This document shows, piece after piece, positions 49,373 through 57,684 of a DNA stretch of 64,000 bases. The position numbers were made by a program, and so were the translations under genes. The stretch spans positions 256,001 to 320,000 of the forward strand of contig CAXXMB010000001.1 in assembly GCA_963668675.2 (NCBI GenBank), written 5' to 3'. The stretch is from an uncultured Desulfatitalea sp. GTDB taxonomy: Bacteria; Desulfobacterota; Desulfobacteria; Desulfobacterales; Desulfosarcinaceae. The notes beneath the pieces were generated by a model, which made no database searches, was not told the origin of the DNA, and saw only the letters and a program-made list of their open reading frames with translations. Numbering within the stretch: the first letter of the stretch is position 1; each line of letters starts with the position of its first letter.

Positions 49373-49891
49373 ATGCATATCGTAATCGACGGATACAACC
49401 TGATTCGCCAATCCAGGCGCTTGAGTGCCATCGAAGAGGTCGATCTGCAGGCCGGACGTGAAGCGTTGGTGAACGCGCTGGCTGCCTACAGGCGGCTGAA
49501 ACCGTTTCGGGTCACCGTCGTTTTTGACGGGGGCGACGCTATCTCCGGGCTGCCCAGGCGCGACCGCTCCAAAGGTATTCGTCTGCGATATTCCGCTGCC
49601 GGGGAGTTGGCCGATGATGTAATCAAACGCATCATTGCAAGGGAAAAGGGAGGCGCCTTGGTGGTCAGTTCGGATATGGAAATTGTCAGCTTCGCCGAAG
49701 CGAAGGGGGCGGCGACGATCAGTTCGGTGGAATTTGACGAACGCCTGGAAATGGCGCAATATACGGATCTGAAAGGGACCGATGACAATGGTCCCGATAC
49801 AGGTTGGCAGGCGACAACCAAAAAAAAAGGGCCATCCCGGCGCCTGCCCAAACGAAAGCGCAGGATGAACAAGGTTATCGCCAAGCTTTAG
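49373..49891 (+). CDS. YacP/Rae1-like NYN domain ribonuclease
   Basis: IDGYN, VVFDG, ADDVI and VVSSD acidic motifs. Confidence 0.85.
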   Translation: MHIVIDGYNLIRQSRRLSAIEEVDLQAGREALVNALAAYRRLKPFRVTVVFDGGDAISGLPRRDRSKGIRLRYSAAGELADDVIKRIIAREKGGALVVSSDMEIVSFAEAKGAATISSVEFDERLEMAQYTDLKGTDDNGPDTGWQATTKKKGPSRRLPKRKRRMNKVIAKL

Positions 49892-49988
49892 AGCACGGGC
49901 GTTGAACCGAAAAATGGCATCTGTTATCCGGATTCGGGAGTAAGCCTGGCATGAAACGGATAGACCTGGTTGTTGCGGAGGTTGACAG

Positions 49989-50423
49989 TTGAGCGAAAAG
50001 CGAAAAACCATATGCATTGTCGACGGCCAGGGGGGCGGCATCGGGAGCTTCATCATCAAACGGCTCAAAGAGATCTATGGTGAATCGGTGGAGATCGTCG
50101 CCTTGGGAACCAATGCCATCGCCACTTCTCAAATGCTGAAAGCCAAAGCCAACCGTGGCGCATCGGGTGAAAATGCCATTGTTCAGACCGTGCCCAAAGC
50201 CGACGTTATCATCGGTGCCATGGGGGTTGTCCTTGCCAATGCCATGATGGGCGAGGTGACGCCGAAGATGGCCGCTGCCATTGCAACATCCCCGGCGCCA
50301 AAGTTGATTTTGCCTCTTTCCCAGGAGAACATAGATGTGGTGGGTGCATCCTCAATGCCGTTGCCCCATCTGGTGGATGAGCTGATTGATCGGCATTTAA
50401 AACAATTAATCGATATCGCTTAA
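49989..50423 (+). CDS. DUF3842 family protein
   Basis: VDGQGGGIG, GTNAIAT, ASGENA and GEVTP.MA. Confidence 0.85.
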   Translation: MSEKRKTICIVDGQGGGIGSFIIKRLKEIYGESVEIVALGTNAIATSQMLKAKANRGASGENAIVQTVPKADVIIGAMGVVLANAMMGEVTPKMAAAIATSPAPKLILPLSQENIDVVGASSMPLPHLVDELIDRHLKQLIDIA

Positions 50424-50446
50424 CAAATAGCGGTGAGGTCAAAACA

Positions 50447-50632
50447 ATGTGTGAAGCCAATGCTTATTTACTTGAAGGTGACTCAGAACAGTTGATCATG
50501 GAGTCGGTGGATAAAGTGGAGCCCGAAGAGGAGGGGCTGCGTCTTGTCAATATTTTCGGTGAGCAGAAATTCATCAAAGCCGAAATTCATGCTCTCTCCC
50601 TGGTAGATCACAGGATCCTACTGAAGTCTTGA
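50447..50632 (+). CDS. CooT family nickel-binding protein
   Basis: 61 aa: MCEANAY (Cys2), ME.V, IFGE and L..H.I. Confidence 0.8.
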   Translation: MCEANAYLLEGDSEQLIMESVDKVEPEEEGLRLVNIFGEQKFIKAEIHALSLVDHRILLKS

Positions 50633-50659
50633 CCCTGCCGGGGGCTTTGTTTCTATCCG

Positions 50660-52390
50660 ATGAAAATCGTCATCTCTAAAACAGCCGGTTTCTGTATGGG
50701 GGTTCGCCGGGCCGTCGATCTGGCCCTGGACGCTCCGTCCAGGCAGCCGCCGCCCATCTGCACTTACGGCCCCTTGATTCACAACCCCCAGGTGCTGGAG
50801 CTCTTCGCCGAACGCGGGGTGTCCATCTTGAAGCAGATCCCCGAAGTGGGAGCCGGTACTGTGCTGGTGCGTGCGCATGGGGTACCGCCCGAGACCAAAC
50901 AGCAGCTTAAGAGGGCCGGGTTCAGTGTCATCGACGCGACCTGCCCCAGGGTGGTCAAGGTCCAATCGATCATCAAGCGCCATGCCCGCAAAGGCTATGC
51001 CGTCATTATCGTTGGAGACCAGGATCATCCCGAGGTCATCAGCCTGCAGGGATTTGCCGGATCGTTGGCCCATGTGGTCGGGTCGTTCGAAGCACTCAAG
51101 GCGCTGCCCGACTTTCCCCAGGCCATTGTCGTCGCCCAGACCACCCAGAACCAGAATGTCTATCAACAGGTAAAGGCATGGGTAGCTGCAAACCATCCCC
51201 ACTACAAGGTTTTCGATACCATCTGCGACTCCACCGAAAAACGCCAGGAAGAGGTGCGACAGCTTGCCAGCGAGGTGGATGCCGTGGTCGTGGTCGGTGG
51301 CAAAAACAGCGGCAATACCAGGCGATTGGCGGAGATCGTAAGCCACACGGGCAAACCGGTTTACCATGTGGAGACCGATGCGGAGCTGGACTTTGATGCT
51401 TTGTCCGGTTTCCAGACCGTTGGCATTACTGCCGGTGCATCGACACCCACCTGGATCATCAAGCAGATCGTGGGGGCCATCGAACAGATCTCATTGAGAC
51501 GCGAAAGGGGGTGGCGATCCCTTGTTCTCAAAATACAGCGCCTGATGCTGCTGACCAACGCCTATGTCGCCATAGGCGCTGGTTGCCTCAGTTATGCCGC
51601 CACATCGTTGCAGAAGCTACCTACCTCCATTCCAGCACTGCTCATGGCGATGTTCTATGTGATGTCGATGCATACGCTCAACCATCTGACCGGCAGGGCC
51701 GAAGACCTTTACAACGAGCCGGACAGGGAGAGGTTTTATACCCAACACAAGCGGCTGCTCACCTTGACGGCGATCGGCGCCGGCGCCATCGGATTGGTCG
51801 CTGCCTATCAAATGGGGCAGGTCCCCTTCTGGACATTGCTGGCCATGAGCCTGCTCGGGCTCAGTTATAACCTGCGGCTCTTTCCGTCAGGAACCGTTGC
51901 GCCGTTGAAATATAGGCGGATCAGGGATCTGCCCGGGTCCAAAACCATCCTGATTGCGCTGGGGTGGGGTGTTGTAACGGCAGGCCTGCCAATGTTGGCG
52001 TCAACCGGTACGCAGTGGCTGAGCGGTGGGCTGGCCGTTGCCTGGGCCTTGGGGATCGCTTTTGGACGAACCGCGTTTTTCGATGTTCTGGACATGCAGG
52101 GGGATCGTATCGTCGGCAAGGAGACCATTGCTACCTTGATCGGTCCCGTACGCTCGTTGATATTGATCAAGGCCACAATTACCCTCCTCATGGCCCTGTT
52201 GCTGATTGGCGGCAGTGTCGGCGTGTTCCCGGGCCTGGCATTCCCTTTGATGCTCTGCCCGGCCCTCCTCTGGGGGATCATCGCGGCCTACGAAAAAGAG
52301 CGCCTGTTATCCGGCCTGCAACTGCAATTTATAGTGGAGAGCCTGTTTGTATTGGCCGGTATCCTCACTTTGATATGCGACATCGGGTAA
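50660..52390 (+). CDS. ispH: IspH (HMBPP reductase) fused to a UbiA-like membrane domain
   Basis: GFCMGV, IHN, RAHG, DATCP, HPEV, TICDST, SGNT and TAGASTP, followed by ~290 aa with multiple TMs and DMQGDRIVG. Confidence 0.92.
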   Translation: MKIVISKTAGFCMGVRRAVDLALDAPSRQPPPICTYGPLIHNPQVLELFAERGVSILKQIPEVGAGTVLVRAHGVPPETKQQLKRAGFSVIDATCPRVVKVQSIIKRHARKGYAVIIVGDQDHPEVISLQGFAGSLAHVVGSFEALKALPDFPQAIVVAQTTQNQNVYQQVKAWVAANHPHYKVFDTICDSTEKRQEEVRQLASEVDAVVVVGGKNSGNTRRLAEIVSHTGKPVYHVETDAELDFDALSGFQTVGITAGASTPTWIIKQIVGAIEQISLRRERGWRSLVLKIQRLMLLTNAYVAIGAGCLSYAATSLQKLPTSIPALLMAMFYVMSMHTLNHLTGRAEDLYNEPDRERFYTQHKRLLTLTAIGAGAIGLVAAYQMGQVPFWTLLAMSLLGLSYNLRLFPSGTVAPLKYRRIRDLPGSKTILIALGWGVVTAGLPMLASTGTQWLSGGLAVAWALGIAFGRTAFFDVLDMQGDRIVGKETIATLIGPVRSLILIKATITLLMALLLIGGSVGVFPGLAFPLMLCPALLWGIIAAYEKERLLSGLQLQFIVESLFVLAGILTLICDIG

Positions 52391-52405
52391 AGGGGGGGAC
52401 GTTGC

Positions 52406-52675
52406 ATGAAGCCAGTTGAAATTCCCATAGACGGCATTCTTGATCTTCACACCTTCAATCCCAAAGAGGTGCCCGATTTGATCGATGACTATTTGGCGGC
52501 CTGCCGTGAAAAAGGTATCCATGAGGTCAGGATCATCCACGGAAAGGGAACGGGGGTTCAAAGGGCAAGGGTGAGGGCGCTATTGGAGAGAAATCCGAAG
52601 GTCAAGCGTTATCGGGATGCCTCCCCCGAATCGGGAGGTTGGGGAGCCACGCTGGTTGAACTGAAAAAAGAGTGA
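52406..52675 (+). CDS. Stand-alone Smr domain protein
   Basis: LDLH, IIHGKGTG and GGWGAT. Confidence 0.9.
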   Translation: MKPVEIPIDGILDLHTFNPKEVPDLIDDYLAACREKGIHEVRIIHGKGTGVQRARVRALLERNPKVKRYRDASPESGGWGATLVELKKE

Positions 52676-52734
52676 GAAGAGGGTCATCCGGCGTGCCGGT
52701 GAAGCATTCAATGCCTCTGCCGGCCTGTCTCGGA

Positions 52735-52779
52735 AAAAGAAACGGAGCCTGTTTAGGAAACGGCTCCGTTTATCTTTTT
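52735..52779. terminator. Bidirectional intrinsic terminator
   Basis: AAACGGAGCC...GGCTCCGTTT stem flanked by A and T runs, between convergent smr and tRNA. Confidence 0.8.
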
Positions 52780-52782
52780 CGT

Positions 52783-52858
52783 TGGTGGAGCTGAGGGGGA
52801 TCGAACCCCTGACCTCATGACTGCCAGTCATGCGCTCTCCCAGCTGAGCTACAGCCCC
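52783..52858 (-). tRNA. tRNA-Ala(GGC)
   Basis: GGGGCTGTAGCTCAGCTGGGAGAGCG CATGA CT-GGC-AG TCATG AGGTCAGGGGTTCGATCCCCCTCAGCTCCACCA; 76 nt, G3:U70 pair, encoded CCA. Confidence 0.97.
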
Positions 52859-52872
52859 GAACGTGAGTGGGC

Positions 52873-52901
52873 TACCTAACAGACTGATTATCTTCTGTCA
52901 A
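52873..52901 (-). promoter_or_regulatory. sigma70 promoter of the tRNA
   Basis: TTGACA-17-TAGGTA on the minus strand. Confidence 0.55.
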
Positions 52902-53055
52902 CGCTATTTTTTGGGCACATGGATGCCGTTGCGCGGAAAAGGGCTACGCCACGATTTCGAAAAATCCTTGGCTCAAGCTATGGTAACGCGTTGGACACGG
53001 ATTCGGTGCCAGAGCCTTTGGTCGGAACGGTGCCCTTTGGTTGCGCTTGTAAATA

Positions 53056-53084
53056 TTGACAAGGTTAGGGATACCGCCTAATAT
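53056..53084 (+). promoter_or_regulatory. sigma70 promoter of the ppiD-like gene
   Basis: TTGACA-17-TAATAT. Confidence 0.6.
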
Positions 53085-53167
53085 CGACTGTTTAACAAGT
53101 CCCTAACAGGGTCTGATTTGTTTACACCTTTAACTTCCGGCAAAACCGGATTGGGAGATTGATCGGC

Positions 53168-55063
53168 ATGCTCAGTATGATGCGCAAGCAGGCAGGAAGT
53201 TGGATGATCAAATTGGTTTTATTTGCCATCGTCGTCGTTTTTGTTTTCTGGGGCGTGGGCAGTTATACAAATCGGCAGGCCAACAAAGTCGCTGAAGTCA
53301 ATGATGAGGTGATTACATTTACCACCTATCACCAATCGTATAATCGAATGCTCGAGCAGTATCGCCGGGTTTACGGGAGTGCATTGAACAATGAGATGCT
53401 CGAGGGGTTAAACCTCAAGGAGCAGGCGCTCAACCAACTTATCGACCAGGTGTTGATGAGCCAGGAGGCGGAACGGTTGAACCTCCAAATCGCCGAGAAG
53501 ACATTGGACGAGGCGGTACTCAAGATTCCGGCTTTTCAGAACAACGGCGTTTTCGATGAGCGGCGTGCGAATTTTATATTGGCCCAAAATGGGATGACCA
53601 GCGCAGAGTTCAGAAACAGCTTGAGACAGGACATGCTGATCAGCCAGCTTCGTGCTTTGGTGACCGATGGGGCCACCGTTGCGGAGGAGGAGGCGCGGGA
53701 GTGGCATGCGTGGTATAACGCTGAAGTGAACCTGGATTATGTGGTTTTTTCACCTGAGCGGTACGAGGATATCGAGGTTGCGGAAGCAGATATCGACGAA
53801 TACTATCAGCAACACAAAGAGAGATACAAGACAGCGGTACAGGTCAAAGTAACCTATCTCCATTTCGACCCCAATACATATAAGGCCGGGGTCGATGTCT
53901 CCGACGAGGAGATTTCGCAATACTACTATGACCATCCCGAAGCGTTCAAGAGTGAAAAAACAGTAGAGGCGCGCCACATCCTCTTCAAGCTCGATGCCGA
54001 CGCCGATGCTGAAACCGTCGCAAGTCAGCAGAAAAAAGCCATGGAGATATACAAATTGGCCACATCGGGCCAACCGTTCGATCAACTGGCCAAGCAGCAC
54101 TCGGAGGGGCCGACCCGAGACAACGGCGGTTATTTGGGCGCATTTAAAAAAGATGCGATGGTCAAACCCTTTGCAGATAAAGCGTTCGCTATGAAGGTTG
54201 GTGAGATCAGTGAACCGGTAAGAACCCGTTTTGGCTGGCACCTGATAAAGGTGGAAAAGATCAACCCGGCAAGAACCGAGAGCTTGGAGCAGGCCACCGA
54301 AGGTATCCGCCGTAAGCTTGTCGAGGTGAAGGCGCTGGAGATGGCCCGCCTGAAAGCGGAATCGATCTACGATACCGTATACGATGGCGATGACCTGGCC
54401 GCCGCTGCCCAGCAACACGAGGTTCGTGTATTTCAAACCGGGTTCTTCGGTTCCGAAGGGCCGCGCCAGAAGGATATCGGCGATGTGCCCAAGTTCGCCA
54501 AAACCGCCTTGGCTTTAGAGGAGATGGACATCAGCGAAGTCCAGGATTTCGGTAATGGCTACTACCTGCTGCAGGTGACGCAGCGTAAAAATCCTGAAAT
54601 ACCGCCACTGGGAAAGGTGGCTGAACGGGTGAAAGCAGACACCGTCAAGGCCCGCCAGGATGACCGCGCCAAGGCGGATGCTGAAAAGTGTTTGAGCGAG
54701 TTGAAGGGCGGCGCCGACATCGTCGCTTCAGCGGCCGAGTTTGGCCTCAAGGTCGAGGAGACCGGTTTTTTTAAGCGTAACGGTGCCATTCCCAAAATCG
54801 GATATGAGTCCGCACTCTCCCAAACCGCCTTCACACTGAAACCCGACCAGGCCCTTCCAGAGGATGTCTTCAAGGGAAAAGAGGGGTGGTATGTGGTGCG
54901 GTATAAAGATCGAAAACTGCCTGCCGATGAAGACTTTGAGAAGGAAAAGAGCGCTTTGATCGAGCGTTTGATCGAACAGAAGCGACAATCCACGTTCCAG
55001 CAATGGTTGGCCGATTTGAGAGCCAATGGACGCATCGACGTCAAACAGGATGCGATCCGGTAA
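53168..55063 (+). CDS. ppiD: PpiD-like chaperone (SurA N-terminal plus parvulin domain)
   Basis: N-terminal TM (FVFWG), ARHIL, GGYLG, MVKPF and TRFGWHLIK. Confidence 0.88.
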   Translation: MLSMMRKQAGSWMIKLVLFAIVVVFVFWGVGSYTNRQANKVAEVNDEVITFTTYHQSYNRMLEQYRRVYGSALNNEMLEGLNLKEQALNQLIDQVLMSQEAERLNLQIAEKTLDEAVLKIPAFQNNGVFDERRANFILAQNGMTSAEFRNSLRQDMLISQLRALVTDGATVAEEEAREWHAWYNAEVNLDYVVFSPERYEDIEVAEADIDEYYQQHKERYKTAVQVKVTYLHFDPNTYKAGVDVSDEEISQYYYDHPEAFKSEKTVEARHILFKLDADADAETVASQQKKAMEIYKLATSGQPFDQLAKQHSEGPTRDNGGYLGAFKKDAMVKPFADKAFAMKVGEISEPVRTRFGWHLIKVEKINPARTESLEQATEGIRRKLVEVKALEMARLKAESIYDTVYDGDDLAAAAQQHEVRVFQTGFFGSEGPRQKDIGDVPKFAKTALALEEMDISEVQDFGNGYYLLQVTQRKNPEIPPLGKVAERVKADTVKARQDDRAKADAEKCLSELKGGADIVASAAEFGLKVEETGFFKRNGAIPKIGYESALSQTAFTLKPDQALPEDVFKGKEGWYVVRYKDRKLPADEDFEKEKSALIERLIEQKRQSTFQQWLADLRANGRIDVKQDAIR

Positions 55064-55083
55064 CACAATAGGACGTTTGTCGA

Positions 55084-55125
55084 TCAGCCAGAGCTCAGCC
55101 GAAGCTCAGCCAAAGCTCAGCCAGA
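55084..55125 (+). repeat. 11-bp tandem repeat TCAGCC(A/G)(A/G)AGC, about 3.8 copies
   Basis: tcagccagagc tcagccgaagc tcagccaaagc tcagccaga. Confidence 0.85.
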
Positions 55126-55138
55126 CAAGGGAGGGAAC

Positions 55139-55369
55139 ATGGCGAAGCAGACCTGGACGGATCACAATAGGAGATATGCCAGTAAAAAGTGCCCCGAGTG
55201 CTACGAATATGTTCCGCTGGAGGCCACTGTATGTCCGTCTTGCAAAACGAGATTGGGCAAGGTGGGAGAACACGGGATGGCCGAGCGCCTGACCAACTGG
55301 AAGGGTTATATCGTATGCGCCATCTTATGGCTTATCCTGGCCATCTATTTGAAGTGGGCCTTTTTCTAA
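55139..55369 (+). CDS. Small zinc-ribbon protein with a C-terminal TM
   Basis: CPEC...CPSC, hydrophobic tail, SD GGGAGG. Confidence 0.75.
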   Translation: MAKQTWTDHNRRYASKKCPECYEYVPLEATVCPSCKTRLGKVGEHGMAERLTNWKGYIVCAILWLILAIYLKWAFF

Positions 55370-55386
55370 GGAACAACGCACTTCAA

Positions 55387-56055
55387 TCACTTCGCAAGCA
55401 TCGCCCGCATCATGTCGCCGGCATTTTCGGCATGGTCGGCGATTGAGCCGATGATCTCGGCGAGATGCACCATATGATAGACCGTTACGGCGTCGGTGCA
55501 TCGGTTAAAGACAATTTGTTTGAAGCTGTCTTCGATCTTGTCAGCCTCGTGCTCCTGCTGACGAAGATTGCGGATGATATCTTTGAGGACGGTACGCCGC
55601 CTCTCGTCAAAGGTCCTGAAGTATTCACGCGCCTCTGTGACCATTTTGTGCAACTCTTCGATAGGATCGATCACCGCGTCCACCAATAGAAGGAAATTTT
55701 TTTCAACCTCGGGTGGGATTCCCTTCTCAGCCCGATAGGATATCCAATCCAAGGCATCTTCCACGGCGTCCAGGACACCATCCTGCTCTCTCAGGTAACG
55801 GAACAGTTGAAACTTGCTGACCGGCATCAAGGTGCCGATGGGCAGGTGGCCGCGGATTCGCCGTTTGATGCTGTCGGCCTCTCGCTCGGTGCGGCTCACC
55901 TCCTGGCGCAACTCTTCGAATCGGGGGCATTTGCTCGAAACAAAACACTCAATCGCTTGTTGAAACGACCAGGCGCACTCTTTGACCTTCTCGGCATGCT
56001 CCTGGATGCCTTCAAACGGCGATGTGATAAACATTGAGAAAAATGGCAAGCGCAT
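55387..56055 (-). CDS. DUF47/TIGR00153 phosphate transport regulator
   Basis: SPF, E.EAD.IK, QD...D, E.EAD and IAD.AEN; downstream of pit. Confidence 0.88.
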   Translation of the reverse strand: MRLPFFSMFITSPFEGIQEHAEKVKECAWSFQQAIECFVSSKCPRFEELRQEVSRTEREADSIKRRIRGHLPIGTLMPVSKFQLFRYLREQDGVLDAVEDALDWISYRAEKGIPPEVEKNFLLLVDAVIDPIEELHKMVTEAREYFRTFDERRRTVLKDIIRNLRQQEHEADKIEDSFKQIVFNRCTDAVTVYHMVHLAEIIGSIADHAENAGDMMRAMLAK

Positions 56056-56081
56056 GGCTTCCTCCTCAGGTGATCTTCATA

Positions 56082-57323
56082 TCAACCCATTCCAGGGTAT
56101 GGAAATATTTGACGAATGATCCAGAACAGGAGCATGCTCGTTCCGGCAGCGGCCGGTACGGTCAGAACCCAGTAGATCATGATCTGGAACACGATCCTGA
56201 AGTTGACCGCTTCGAGGCCTCTGGCCAGGCCAACCCCCAGTACGCCGCCAACGGCTGCGTGGGTGGTCGAGACCGGCAGACCCAGCTTGGAGGCAATCAA
56301 AACGGTTGTGGCCGCAGAGAAATCGACTGAAAATCCGCGCGTATTGGTCAACGTTGTGATTTTGGTGCCCAAGGTGGTCATCACTCGCGAACCGGCCATC
56401 CAGATTCCGCAGCCGATTCCGACCCCACCGAAAAGAAGCAGAAAGATCGGCACAGGGACCTGGGCACCCACCGTACCTGTTTTTACCAGAAAGTAAATGA
56501 CGGCAAGGGGGCCTATCGCATTGGCCACGTCGTTGGCACCTTGGGCCAGGGCGACGTAACACGATGTACCGATCTGTATGCGCCTGAAAATCTCCTCGAC
56601 AGTCCCCCTTTTTTTGGCCAGCAACTTTTTGATGAGTAGACGGCCGGCAATGCCCAGCAGTGGAGAGACAACCAGAGCGATAGCGAGGGCCGCTGGGGTG
56701 CCGATGGCCAGTTTTTTTCCTAGCGGTGTTTTAAAAAGGAAAGAGAGGATGACCACGAAGCAGGCGCTTCCGATAAAGGCGGGTGACAGCCTCCAGGCGG
56801 CAGCGATGGCATCCTGGCGCGACAGAATCAGCCGAACGATCGTTTTGAAGATAATGTAGCTGATGATTAGACTGAAAAGTGGTGAAATGATCCAGCTCAG
56901 GACGACGGCTCCCAGTTTGAGCCAGTTGATCACATCGATGCCGCCGGCCATGATGCCGAAACCGATCATCGCGCCGACGATCGAGTGGGTGGTAGAGACC
57001 GGCAGGGACTTCCAGGTGGCGAAGGACACCCAGAACGCAGCGGCCAGCAAAGCAGATACCGCCCCGATGAGCGCCATGTGAGGATCGCTGAGAACCTGGG
57101 TGGAGACGATGCCTTTGCGAATGGTATTGGTGACGTGAGAACCGATCAGCGTTGCGCCAAGGATATTTAGAACGGCTGCTATCACGACCGCCTGTCGGAT
57201 TGTGATCGCTTTGGCGCCCACAGCCGATGCCATCGAATTGGCCACATCGTTGGCACCGATATTCCAGGCCATGTAAAAACCAAAAATATAGCCAACGATT
57301 AGAACGCTGTATTCACTGAACAT
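56082..57323 (-). CDS. PiT family inorganic phosphate transporter
   Basis: Two copies each of GANDVAN and PVSTTH. Confidence 0.95.
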   Translation of the reverse strand: MFSEYSVLIVGYIFGFYMAWNIGANDVANSMASAVGAKAITIRQAVVIAAVLNILGATLIGSHVTNTIRKGIVSTQVLSDPHMALIGAVSALLAAAFWVSFATWKSLPVSTTHSIVGAMIGFGIMAGGIDVINWLKLGAVVLSWIISPLFSLIISYIIFKTIVRLILSRQDAIAAAWRLSPAFIGSACFVVILSFLFKTPLGKKLAIGTPAALAIALVVSPLLGIAGRLLIKKLLAKKRGTVEEIFRRIQIGTSCYVALAQGANDVANAIGPLAVIYFLVKTGTVGAQVPVPIFLLLFGGVGIGCGIWMAGSRVMTTLGTKITTLTNTRGFSVDFSAATTVLIASKLGLPVSTTHAAVGGVLGVGLARGLEAVNFRIVFQIMIYWVLTVPAAAGTSMLLFWIIRQIFPYPGMG

Positions 57324-57373
57324 GATAGGCGATGTCGTTCAATAGATCACTTTGAGTTTGTATTTGTCTAAAA

Positions 57374-57509
57374 TTGACGAATTCGTAAAAAGTCATTCAT
57401 ACGTCATGTCGGACTTGATCCGGCATCCAGAAACCATTGAAAAACTGTATTCCGGTCTTCGCCGGAATGACGGGAAAAGCACTCTCGGAACATTTTACGA
57501 GTTCGTCAA
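57374..57509. mobile_element. MITE/REP-like composite palindromic element
   Basis: 17-bp terminal IR TTGACGAATTCGTAAAA / TTTTACGAGTTCGTCAA (16/17) enclosing GTCATGTCGGACTTGATCCGGCATCC...ATTCCGGtcttcgCCGGAATGAC. Confidence 0.7.
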
Positions 57510-57684
57510 AAGTGTCAGCCAAAGGCATCCTTTAGAAAAATGTTAGGATTGTGTTAGCACGGACGTTCCAACAGGTAAAGATAATTTGCCCAAGATGTTG
57601 TTCTGTCGATGAGCGACAACCACAACCAGTGGAATACTCAGGTTATACATCTGTGGCACATACGGGGGAGGCGCGGCACGCTTC

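Noticed and set aside
47400..49400. parS site or oriC near parAB
   Set aside because: No TGTTTCACGTGAAACA-like palindrome or DnaA-box cluster found by eye; a motif scan would be decisive.
52783..52858. tRNA as an island integration site
   Set aside because: No integrase and no duplicated tRNA 3' end seen; the flanks are housekeeping genes.
55084..55125. Possible CRISPR array
   Set aside because: Units are 11 bp with no spacers and no cas genes nearby.
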